Origin: Acidaminococcaceae bacterium
GTDB taxonomy: Bacteria > Bacillota > Negativicutes > Acidaminococcales > Acidaminococcaceae
DNA length: 24,000 bases
NCBI GenBank assembly: GCA_022484685.1
Contig: JAKVKY010000009.1
Location: 33,500-57,499 of the forward strand
Reading direction: 5' to 3'
Shown here: one piece after another, positions 1 through 7,394 of the stretch
Layout of the letters: each line of letters begins with the position of its first letter
Position numbering within the stretch: position 1 is the stretch's first letter
Translations under genes and position numbers: made by a program
Notes under the pieces: generated by a model
Told to the model about the DNA's origin: nothing
Databases searched by the model: none
The model's input: the letters and a program-made list of their open reading frames with translations, nothing else

Positions 1-333
1 CCGAGTCTTAGCACTGAAGAAAATCTGGGTGGCAATGCTGGCTGCATAGGCATCTACAACGGCCGTGGTATTGCACTTATGCCGTTTGACCATGTTAGCG
101 ATGGCGATTCCGGCCATGACATCGCCGCCGCAGCTGTTGATGTGGATGGTTAAATCCTTATCCTGCAGGGAATCCAGAGCCTCTTTCACGTCGGCAGGAA
201 AAACATAACCATCTTTAAGACCCCAGCCTTTGTACGCATCATCAATAATTTCACCGGTAATATAGATTTCAGCGGCGGTCTGGGTGATGTTGCGAATATT
301 AATGGCATGGAGCAGTTTAGCTGGTAGAACCAT
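1..333 (-). CDS. Prohead (head-maturation) protease, ClpP/S14-like; 3' part cut by window edge
   Basis: Not in the ORF track because it runs off the window. Reverse translation from the ATG at 333 (AAGGAGG upstream) gives MVLPAKLLHAINIRNITQTAAEIYITGEIIDD...LTIHINSCGGDVMAGIAIANMV. The INSxGGxVxAGxAI pattern is typical of ClpP-type phage prohead proteases. It lies directly downstream of the portal gene, as in HK97-type head modules. Confidence 0.75.
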   Translation of the reverse strand, partial: MVLPAKLLHAINIRNITQTAAEIYITGEIIDDAYKGWGLKDGYVFPADVKEALDSLQDKDLTIHINSCGGDVMAGIAIANMVKRHKCNTTAVVDAYAASIATQIFFSAKTR

Positions 334-1609
334 TGGGATTACCTCCTTTGGGGAAAATACCGGGAGCAATATCACCGGCTTTATCGTTATTTAAAAAACT
401 ATCCAGTGTTGCGAAGCCGCTAGGTACCAGTACAACATTACCATTGCCATGTTCCAGCGGCGGTGCCCCGGCCATACGGCGTCCTTCGTCAATCTTGTAC
501 ACGGCGGATTTTACATAATTGCTGATAATCTGGGATTGCTGTACCGGGTCAGCCCGTAAAATTACGTTGACATTAAACTTAAATTCGTAATTGTTCAAGA
601 CCAAATCTTCCCGCAGTAACCTACGTTTGAGTTCCTGCTCATACAATGAGATGTTATAGAGCAGCGTGCTTACATAAAAACTAAGGTTCTGGGCCGTGCT
701 GTTGGCATAACTGGATTTACTATAGTCGTTGAGGTCATTGGGTTTGATGCCGAAGGCAGCCGCCACCTGAAGGCTGGAATATTTTTTGAGCTCGTAAAAT
801 TGGCTGTCCACTAGTTTCAGATCTAACGGCTGCAGCTTCCAATCATAGGGAAGGGGAATAACCCGGCCACCTTTGGTGTTGGCGATGGTCTGCATCTGCT
901 CAATGATTTTCTTTTTCTTGGTTTCGCTTAAATCACCGATGTAGTTGACCACGGAATTAGCTGTTAAACCGTTTTTATATAGGTCGTTCAGAACTTGGGT
1001 ACTGGCTTTATTGCCGGTCATGTAGTCGGCAATAATTTCATGGACCGGTTTCCCGGCCAGGCCGTCATCGGTACAAATCCAGCTTTTTACGTGCAGCAAC
1101 TGATCAGGACGAAGCCAGTATTCGTTACCGCTTTTGGACGACTGGTACCGGTACATGAATGGCTGCGAGAAATTCTGACCGGTGTTATTAACATAGATGC
1201 TTATCTGGCGCGGATGCAGCGGCAAAAGCTGTCTTACTTTGCCGCCACTGTCACGATCAATGTAGGCGTAGCCGTTGCCCCAATGATTTCGGCATAATTC
1301 CAGATAAGTCCAAAACTGGATGGGAGTTTGTACCGGGTTGGGTTCTACCTGCAGGGCCCAAAAGGAATCATAGTTAGGTCCGGCCGGAACAATCCTTTTA
1401 TCAGCATCTACCAGGTGCAGCGGAAGTTTGCCCAGGGCTTCCGAAAGCATTTTTAAGCAGATAAAATAGGTGATTTCGCCCAAATCACTGCCGTATTGCC
1501 CGCGTAAACCCTGCAAAAAGGAGTTAATATTACTTAAACTTACGGTGCCGGAGTCGATATTTTGCAGCTTTTCGGCACGTTTCAGGATTAATTTGTCCAC
1601 AAAATTCAT
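317..1609 (-). CDS. Phage portal protein (HK97-family-like)
   Basis: 430-aa ORF packed between TerL (4-nt gap) and the protease (17-nt overlap). Size, position and sequence character fit HK97-type portals. The family assignment is from memory of family features, not from a search. Confidence 0.8.
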   Translation of the reverse strand: MNFVDKLILKRAEKLQNIDSGTVSLSNINSFLQGLRGQYGSDLGEITYFICLKMLSEALGKLPLHLVDADKRIVPAGPNYDSFWALQVEPNPVQTPIQFWTYLELCRNHWGNGYAYIDRDSGGKVRQLLPLHPRQISIYVNNTGQNFSQPFMYRYQSSKSGNEYWLRPDQLLHVKSWICTDDGLAGKPVHEIIADYMTGNKASTQVLNDLYKNGLTANSVVNYIGDLSETKKKKIIEQMQTIANTKGGRVIPLPYDWKLQPLDLKLVDSQFYELKKYSSLQVAAAFGIKPNDLNDYSKSSYANSTAQNLSFYVSTLLYNISLYEQELKRRLLREDLVLNNYEFKFNVNVILRADPVQQSQIISNYVKSAVYKIDEGRRMAGAPPLEHGNGNVVLVPSGFATLDSFLNNDKAGDIAPGIFPKGGNPNGSTS

Positions 1610-1613
1610 GGTG

Positions 1614-3446
1614 CTACTCCTTTTTTAGTCCGTTAATGATGTCGCTAAAGGTGTCGTATGCGTCATCATCGGCTTTTTCTTCGTCTGGTTCTTTGTTCAT
1701 AAAGTACAATTTATGGGCGTCAACCATAGCACAGATGGGGTCAATACGTTCTTCATAAGCATTTTTGTCTATCTTTATCTCTGCATAACCATTTTTAACG
1801 GTCATGGCGTTAACGGCGGACCATGTTAACAGCTCGTTGGCCTGGTCATAGAAGATTTCCTGGGCTTTGACGGAAAGAACGATATCGCAGGTGGCATCAT
1901 TCAGGTTTTTAGCGCTCTGGGTGATGCTGGTGATGTCCGCGCCGCCGGCTAATTCTTCAAGCTTGCTTAAAAAGGCGCTGGCATTGGCCGGATCATACCC
2001 GACCCCGATAAATTCAAGTTCGTATTTATCTTTAAGTTCCTTTAGCTCTGTAAAGATGAGATCATAATCTGTTTTAACACCGTACATGCCGCTGGTTGCG
2101 GTCAAAAGTTTTTGATTGACCCAGGCTCTGTAGGGCGCTAGGTCGCTTTGTTCGTGAGCTGGAAGGGCTAATTCCGGCATATAACTATGGCTCCAAACGT
2201 AAATTTTGGGTAAGCCATCCCCAAAAACACTGTCAGGGCCACACCATTTTTCCCGGATATCATCACTAAAATTAGCAGAAACTAGCGGGAATTCCAGTAC
2301 AATACTGGTTAAATCGCCGCCCTGGGATAAGTCGATGCCGAGATAGCACTGGCGCACACCCAGCCTGGTGATAATCTGGTCCAGGGTCCAGCTGGTACCG
2401 CAGCGTTCCCAGGCTCCTATATCCAGCAGCCTGCCGTTGCTATACTTAACCCAGGTATTCAGATGCTTGGTCTTAAAGTTTACTAAATCTTCGCCGCCTA
2501 TTTCCCGGGCGGTAATGGCGCTTTGCGCCAGACGGGCCAGCATATAGGTATTGATGCTGTTGTCCTGGTTCCAAAGGTAGTGAGGATTGGCTTTAGCCCA
2601 GTTGTGCTGGTCCCAGATGTCATCCTTTTCATCCATCTCGGCGATAAATACAAACTGTGTCTCTTTTTTGACGGCGCCGGTTAGAATTCGCTTGCAGAGT
2701 TTATAAAGTTTGTAGCAGGGACCGTTAAGATTAAAGCCTGCAGTGGTAATTACCAGGGTTAGGGCGTTGGTGACATTGATCTGCCCGTCATGCATCAGGT
2801 TGTACATCTGGTTAGTACGGTGCGCGTGATATTCGTCAATGATTGCCAGGATGGGGCGGAAGCCGTCGGCACTTTTGGTATCCCGGCCAATGGCCTTAAT
2901 TTCAGTTCCCGTAACCAGGCTGGTAATGATAACGTCCGACTCCTGGACCTTATACAGTTTCTCCAGGTCCTTGTCGGAACGGATGAATTTCAGCAGTTCT
3001 TTCCAGGCAATTTTGGCCTGGTCTTGTTTGGTGGCCGTGCAGCAGATCAGTCCGTACTGGTACCCGCTCAGAGTAGCAAAGTCGTTGGCAAAGGATCCGG
3101 CCAACATGTCCTTGCCGTTCTGACGGCCAACCTGGATATACGCCTCGCGAAAGCGGCGTTCCTTGGAATATTTGACCCGCCAGCCAAAAATGCAGCCAAC
3201 GATGAAAGCCTGCCAGCCATCTAAGACAAGTTTCTGTGGCTTGGTGCCTTCGCCCAGGGTTAATTCTTCGGCAAAATCAATATGCCTTTCGGCCTCGGCC
3301 GCATCAAAAATATAGGCAAAATCTTTGCGGGTCATGTCGTCAAGGTGGCGTTTGCAGGCCAGGTATTCAGACTCGCCGAAAGGAACTTTAAGCCCGGAGC
3401 AAATAAGCTTGGCGTAGACTGTGGTACGGTCATGTGCCTGCCGCAT
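1614..3446 (-). CDS. terL: Terminase large subunit (Terminase_1 / COG4626-like)
   Basis: 610 aa. Carries a Walker A-like VGRQNGKDMLAG, a Walker B-like ILAIIDEYHAH and the N-terminal DGWQAFIVGCIFGW motif typical of this TerL family. It starts 1 nt after the TerS stop. Confidence 0.9.
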   Translation of the reverse strand: MRQAHDRTTVYAKLICSGLKVPFGESEYLACKRHLDDMTRKDFAYIFDAAEAERHIDFAEELTLGEGTKPQKLVLDGWQAFIVGCIFGWRVKYSKERRFREAYIQVGRQNGKDMLAGSFANDFATLSGYQYGLICCTATKQDQAKIAWKELLKFIRSDKDLEKLYKVQESDVIITSLVTGTEIKAIGRDTKSADGFRPILAIIDEYHAHRTNQMYNLMHDGQINVTNALTLVITTAGFNLNGPCYKLYKLCKRILTGAVKKETQFVFIAEMDEKDDIWDQHNWAKANPHYLWNQDNSINTYMLARLAQSAITAREIGGEDLVNFKTKHLNTWVKYSNGRLLDIGAWERCGTSWTLDQIITRLGVRQCYLGIDLSQGGDLTSIVLEFPLVSANFSDDIREKWCGPDSVFGDGLPKIYVWSHSYMPELALPAHEQSDLAPYRAWVNQKLLTATSGMYGVKTDYDLIFTELKELKDKYELEFIGVGYDPANASAFLSKLEELAGGADITSITQSAKNLNDATCDIVLSVKAQEIFYDQANELLTWSAVNAMTVKNGYAEIKIDKNAYEERIDPICAMVDAHKLYFMNKEPDEEKADDDAYDTFSDIINGLKKE

Positions 3447-3447
3447 T

Positions 3448-3927
3448 TTAGGCCTTTTCTAAATACTTAAGGTATTTGTTAATCTTGTCCTCATGTTTAA
3501 CCGGAACTACCAGTTTAAGACGGTCACTGGTGGACAAGCCTAACTTACTACTGCACTGCATAATTTGCGCAATATACTTTTCTTCGGCCCGCATGTACGG
3601 GCTCAGCACATCGTAAGTATCCTTGGCGCTTTCACGGCTGGCAATCTCGCTGTGCTCCTGGATGTATTGCACCATGCGGGAGTAGCCGCTCCAGGCATTG
3701 GCATAGATGGCCAAAAAGCCCAGGTCCAAATTATCCAGCAGGTTAATGCTGCCGGCTTCCCGGACCACGCGGTCAAATTCAGCACGCGCAATATCGTCAA
3801 GCCACTCCGGCGCAGTTAGCTGGTCGCGGCCGACCTTGAGCTTTTGTTCGGCCTCGGCACGGTCGCTGCGGGCTTGTTTGCCAACTTTGCCTGTGCTGAT
3901 ATCAATTATTTTGCGGTTTCTTCCCAT
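3448..3927 (-). CDS. terS: Terminase small subunit (P27-family-like)
   Basis: The ORF-track entry starts at a GTG (3936). The ATG at 3927 (MGRNRK...) follows an AGGTGA RBS. About 159 aa, immediately upstream of terL. The LTAPEWLDDIARAEFDRV...LDNLDLGFLAIYANAW pattern resembles P27-type TerS. Confidence 0.7.
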   Translation of the reverse strand: MGRNRKIIDISTGKVGKQARSDRAEAEQKLKVGRDQLTAPEWLDDIARAEFDRVVREAGSINLLDNLDLGFLAIYANAWSGYSRMVQYIQEHSEIASRESAKDTYDVLSPYMRAEEKYIAQIMQCSSKLGLSTSDRLKLVVPVKHEDKINKYLKYLEKA

Positions 3928-4044
3928 TTTTATCACCTGTTTGATTTGAAAAAAGTGCCAAAATATTTTTTTGGGATTTCTGGCAATTTCCCGGAATTTA
4001 GGAGGGAGCGGGGTCTTATTTTTCCTTGGTAAAAACTTTTTTGA

Positions 4045-4452
4045 CTACCCCCGCCAGCCCCTTTTTATCTGCTTCAAGCGTTCTTGAAGCTTTGCTTTTG
4101 CATCTGGGCTGCTGTCATAAATTTTATGGATTTCGGCATGACTTTTTGCGGAAACATAAAGCAAATTTTCCAAACTATACCGCAGATCAGGGCGGTCATG
4201 GATGGTTAAGATGTGATGACTGAGCGTGCCGTGGTCCAAGCGGTGGTGGACTGCATAAGCATATTGGTCTATCCAGCTTGCCCGCCTGCCACAACTTTGT
4301 GTAAGCAGATGCCATTGCTTATCGTGATAAAATGCGGCAGCCTTGCTGTCGCGGCGAGCAGCATCATAAATATGATGCCGGTTGACATGACAAGGGCATT
4401 CGGCATTAAGCTTAAGCCTGCGGCCGCACTGCGGACAAATCTTAGTTAACAT
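4045..4452 (-). CDS. Phage HNH endonuclease (packaging-associated)
   Basis: The ATG at 4452 is preceded by AAGGAGA. The product MLTKICPQCGRR...CPCHVNRHH...LSHHILTIHDRPDLRYSLENLLYVSAKSHAEIH has Cys pairs and an H-N-H arrangement. Its position just upstream of terS is typical of HNH-dependent cos phages. Confidence 0.8.
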   Translation of the reverse strand: MLTKICPQCGRRLKLNAECPCHVNRHHIYDAARRDSKAAAFYHDKQWHLLTQSCGRRASWIDQYAYAVHHRLDHGTLSHHILTIHDRPDLRYSLENLLYVSAKSHAEIHKIYDSSPDAKAKLQERLKQIKRGWRG

Positions 4453-4722
4453 GCAATCTCCTTGCCCATATATAGCAAGAGCGCCGGCTGCGTATGACCG
4501 GCGCTTACCGCGGAAAGGTACGCGGCCTGCTTGCTGCTTGGGGGTTCCGGTGATGGGCCGGTGTATAGTAAGCGGCAAGAGTACCGCTAGCTACCAACGC
4601 CGGGCTGGCTCCCGGCATCGTTAAGGAGGACTCACTGCGGTGAGCCTCTATAATCAGTTTACGCAAAACAGTTCTAATATGATAGTATAAAGAACTATAT
4701 TTAACTATAATTTACTATAATC
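4453..4722 (-). promoter_or_regulatory. Late-operon control / possible cos region: four 10-bp-phased TATAGT-like hexamers followed by a GC-rich multi-hairpin segment
   Basis: In minus-strand sense the sequence reads TATAGTaaat TATAGTtaaa TATAGTtctt TATACT, with hexamers at 4719-4714, 4709-4704, 4699-4694 and 4689-4684. Several GC stems follow (plus-strand coordinates approximate): GAGGACTCAC/GTGAGCCTC ~4626-4648, GCCGGG/CCCGGC ~4599-4616, AGCGG/CCGCT ~4571-4588, GCGCCGG/CCGGCGC ~4481-4505. No convincing coding potential. Confidence 0.4.
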
Positions 4723-5091
4723 TTTGGTTAGTTTAGCCAGGCTTTCTTTAAGTCGCCGGTAGATGCCGTAAACGGTTTGCTCATGCACATGCATGTAGGC
4801 TGCCGTCTGGCGCCAGGTAAACCCGGATACAAAGTAAAGAGAAACTATTTCGGCTTCCTGAGTATCCAACTGAGGCAAGGTTCTGTCTATGACGGTCTTT
4901 AGTGATTCAAGCTGCTTGCTGACGGATAGCAGCCTGGGACTCATGTCCTTGTTAGGCCAGCCACCAGCGTTGTGGCGGCCGGCTTTGTAATCCGCCACGA
5001 TACCAATTAAATCTTTTTGGCATTTGAGCAGGGAACGATAATCATGAAGATTGTAAATGGAGGCATAAATCCTGTCGGACTTGTCACTCAT
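4705..5091 (-). CDS. Late-gene transcriptional activator, sigma-70 region-4-like HTH (ArpU/RinA/DUF1492-type)
   Basis: 128 aa. The C-terminal segment LDTQEAEIVSLYFVSGFTWRQTAAYMHVHEQTVYGIYRRLKESLAKL looks like a sigma region-4 HTH. It occupies the canonical position immediately upstream of the HNH/terminase block. Confidence 0.6.
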   Translation of the reverse strand: MSDKSDRIYASIYNLHDYRSLLKCQKDLIGIVADYKAGRHNAGGWPNKDMSPRLLSVSKQLESLKTVIDRTLPQLDTQEAEIVSLYFVSGFTWRQTAAYMHVHEQTVYGIYRRLKESLAKLTKDYSKL

Positions 5092-5519
5092 GGTTCTACC
5101 TCGTCTCCCAAATAATAAATACGCAGCTTAAGCCAGCTGGCGCTTTTGGATTTGGAAGGAGCGGTATCAAAATCCATATCCCGGGCCAGAGCATACTGAT
5201 CATCGTTATAGACTATGCCTTCCAGCATATCCATGACAATTTTGTGTTGGTTATGCATGTCATGTTTATGGCCGTCATCCGGCCAGCGGTCCCAGAATTC
5301 AACTACAATTTTGTCTTTGCCTCCGGCATAGGGCCATTCCTGGATGCGTACGGCTTGCTTGACAACCCACTGTGCTGCTTCAAACCAGGCCTTAGCCTTT
5401 CCAGTCAGGCCAGAGTGATAACTGCCGCTCTTGGCCGCGTGGTAGTACATGTGGTTTACGGTGGGGGCGACGGGTAACTGGACTTCGAGTATGGGCGCGT
5501 TGTCGCGTAGGTTTAGCAT
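5088..5519 (-). CDS. rusA: RusA-like Holliday-junction resolvase
   Basis: The ATG at 5519 follows GAGGAGGTG. The product has PTVNHMYY (RusA PxxNxxY-like) and HDMHNQHKIVMDMLEGIVYNDDQYAL (compare the RDxDNxxKxxxDalxgxxyxDDsqi consensus, recalled from memory). There is a 4-nt overlap with the downstream activator gene. Confidence 0.6.
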   Translation of the reverse strand: MLNLRDNAPILEVQLPVAPTVNHMYYHAAKSGSYHSGLTGKAKAWFEAAQWVVKQAVRIQEWPYAGGKDKIVVEFWDRWPDDGHKHDMHNQHKIVMDMLEGIVYNDDQYALARDMDFDTAPSKSKSASWLKLRIYYLGDEVEP

Positions 5520-6279
5520 TAATTTGCACCTCCTCATAATCAGGGAAAACTCTGTCTACTATCTTTTGCATGGTATAAAACTGATAGGCATAACCAGTGA
5601 TTGGATTAACGCCGGTCACGGGCGGCTTGCTGATGTACCAGCCTTTTAATGGCTTTGGTTCCTCTTTCCAGGAATCAGCTTTGATGTGTCTGTAATATAC
5701 CTTGGGCTGTTCTAAGTTCTTGGATTCATTCCAGCGCTTGCTTGAAAACCGCTGCTCTGGGTTCCGGAAGTGTCGCCGCGTTTCTTTGATTATGTAATGC
5801 GCCAGTTTTTCGTAATTACCGGACCGGTCCAGGATACTGATATGGACCCGGCCAAAGGGCCAACATTTAGACAAGATAGCTGGGTCTATCTTGTTCATGA
5901 TAATGTGATGATGAATATGGGTTCCACGTTCGCCAGTTTCGGTAGTATAAATATATTTGATCTTTTGGCCGAGCTTAAGCAGAGCTCTTTTTAAGCGCCG
6001 AAAAAAATTACTCATAATTTTGGTAACTTCATTGGCGCTGCCGGGTTGGTTGCCTAATTGGTAATCCAAAACCAGACTATAATCCCCAGGAATAAAATTA
6101 GTGTTGATTTTTCGACGCAAATTATTTTCCGCCAGACGCTCATTATGGTTTTGTACTGCTGCAGAAGTTTTTGCACATTTAGGTGCGCGGGAAGTGCGTT
6201 TACCTTTGTATTGCCATGTAAATCGTTTTTCAACTTCTAAAACATTTAGACACAAAAACTTTAGTTCATAATAAGGCAT
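5392..6279 (-). CDS. HUH-superfamily rolling-circle Rep/relaxase-like protein
   Basis: 295 aa, ATG at 6279 after AAGGAGA. Motifs in HUH order: DYSLVLDY (motif 1-like), GTHIHHHIIMN (HUH) and LAHYIIKET (YxxK). The last ~128 nt overlap the rusA-like start in another frame and encode an Arg/Pro-rich tail. Confidence 0.55.
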   Translation of the reverse strand: MPYYELKFLCLNVLEVEKRFTWQYKGKRTSRAPKCAKTSAAVQNHNERLAENNLRRKINTNFIPGDYSLVLDYQLGNQPGSANEVTKIMSNFFRRLKRALLKLGQKIKYIYTTETGERGTHIHHHIIMNKIDPAILSKCWPFGRVHISILDRSGNYEKLAHYIIKETRRHFRNPEQRFSSKRWNESKNLEQPKVYYRHIKADSWKEEPKPLKGWYISKPPVTGVNPITGYAYQFYTMQKIVDRVFPDYEEVQINAKPTRQRAHTRSPVTRRPHRKPHVLPRGQERQLSLWPDWKG

Positions 6280-6326
6280 TTGGAGCGTCTCCTTAAAATG
6301 GTCGTTAAGATAATATTTTAATCAAG

Positions 6327-6357
6327 CTCCAAAGCGCCCGGTACGAGCGCTCTGGAG
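6327..6357 (-). terminator. 11-bp hairpin downstream of the DUF3102-like gene (weak terminator candidate)
   Basis: In minus sense, CTCCAGAGCGC...GCGCTTTGGAG forms a stem with one G-U pair. It is followed by a moderately U-rich CUUGAUUAAAAUAUU. The U-tract is poor, hence the low confidence. Confidence 0.3.
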
Positions 6358-6371
6358 TCTGCAAAAAACAA

Positions 6372-7394
6372 TCAGTTAGGCTTTAAATTATTTTGTTCCA
6401 ACCGGCTTTGGAGTACGTTTAAAAATTTGCGCAGGGCGCCGGCATATTTTTTGCGGTTATTGTCATCCTGCATGCCATTGACGGATGCAAGCAGGCCGTT
6501 AAAGTTGGTCTTGGCACTTTCAAAATAGGCTTCAAAATGGTTGATCAAAACCTGGTCAGAATCAACGACAGTCGTATCAATTGGCTTAGCTGCATTTTCT
6601 GCTTTCAGCTTGGACAGTTCCTTTTCATATTCTGCTGCCATAGAATTGGCCGCTGCTTTACTTTGGTCAAGTGCGGCTTTTAAATCGTTAATGGTTTTTT
6701 CACTTGTGGCATTGATCTGGGCCTTTTTTAATTTTTCCTCCAGCTTCATGATTTTTACATCAAGCTTAGCAGAGGCCTTATCATTTTCCTTACGGAGTTT
6801 TTCTTCCTGCTCCCAACGTTTCCGGGCTGCTTTGGCCTCAGCTTCGGCCCTCAGACGTGCCTCATCTGCAGCCTTTTTATCAGCGATGGCCGCCGCCAGT
6901 TCCCGGTTAGAAAGGTTATCATTGATAATTTTATGGGCAAACTCTTCCCTGTCTTCTGCCGGCAAAGATAGCAGTGCCAGGGCCTTGGTATATTCCAGCT
7001 GACCGATGATGGGATTAGCAACCCTGGCGCCCCACAGGCCCCCTTGTGGATCTCCGTATTGCTTGTAAAGCCGCATATAATTTTGCGCAGAATTTAGGCT
7101 GTAATCGATACTGTCTTTCAGCCAAGTTTCCCACTGTCCATGAGGCAACATAGCTTTCGCCGCGCAAAGCCGCCGGCCAATCTCGATAACGGCGTCCAAG
7201 ACAAACCGGCGGGTCTGGTTCGTAATCTGGTTAATCTCGGCCGCCAGGGTGGCAGGTGTTTCATTTTCTAATTTGTCTTTTTCTGAAACAACAACATCCT
7301 GGGCTGCAGCTGCGGGTCCTGCGGCTGTGGTGTTTCCTTTTTCCGGAACAGTATTTTTTGCAAGGCCTTTTTCACTAATAATGCTTACTGTCAT
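6372..7394 (-). CDS. DUF3102-like protein with a long Lys/Glu/Ala coiled-coil C-terminal half
   Basis: 340 aa. The IEIGRRLCAAKAMLPHGQWETWLKDSIDYSLNSAQNYMRLYKQYG block matches my memory of DUF3102 proteins from Firmicute plasmids and phages. ATGA overlap with the upstream gene. Confidence 0.65.
   Translation of the reverse strand: MTVSIISEKGLAKNTVPEKGNTTAAGPAAAAQDVVVSEKDKLENETPATLAAEINQITNQTRRFVLDAVIEIGRRLCAAKAMLPHGQWETWLKDSIDYSLNSAQNYMRLYKQYGDPQGGLWGARVANPIIGQLEYTKALALLSLPAEDREEFAHKIINDNLSNRELAAAIADKKAADEARLRAEAEAKAARKRWEQEEKLRKENDKASAKLDVKIMKLEEKLKKAQINATSEKTINDLKAALDQSKAAANSMAAEYEKELSKLKAENAAKPIDTTVVDSDQVLINHFEAYFESAKTNFNGLLASVNGMQDDNNRKKYAGALRKFLNVLQSRLEQNNLKPN

Noticed and set aside
333-3470. 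Plus-strand ORFs 333-518, 995-1297, 1867-2067, 2790-3224, 2839-3123 and 3282-3470
   Set aside because: All lie antisense inside the well-supported portal and TerL genes, lack RBSs and give low-complexity products. They are shadow ORFs of moderately GC-rich coding DNA.
3565-4223. ORFs 3565-3819(+), 3603-3800(-), 3707-3949(+), 3844-4032(+) and 4026-4223(+)
   Set aside because: They overlap terS or HNH in alternative frames or strands, with no RBS. The terS/HNH frames have motif support.
4453-4578. N-terminal extension of the HNH ORF (track start 4578)
   Set aside because: The extension is Arg/Gly/Pro-rich, runs through GC hairpins and has no RBS. The internal ATG at 4452 has AAGGAGA, and the protein from there begins at the zinc-ribbon.
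4453-4704. Idea that the structured GC-rich RNA next to an HNH gene is a HEARO/omega-RNA (IscB-type) element
   Set aside because: The HNH protein here is a small packaging-type endonuclease, not an IscB (no RuvC segments and much too short). The context is a phage late operon, so cos or late-promoter functions are more parsimonious.
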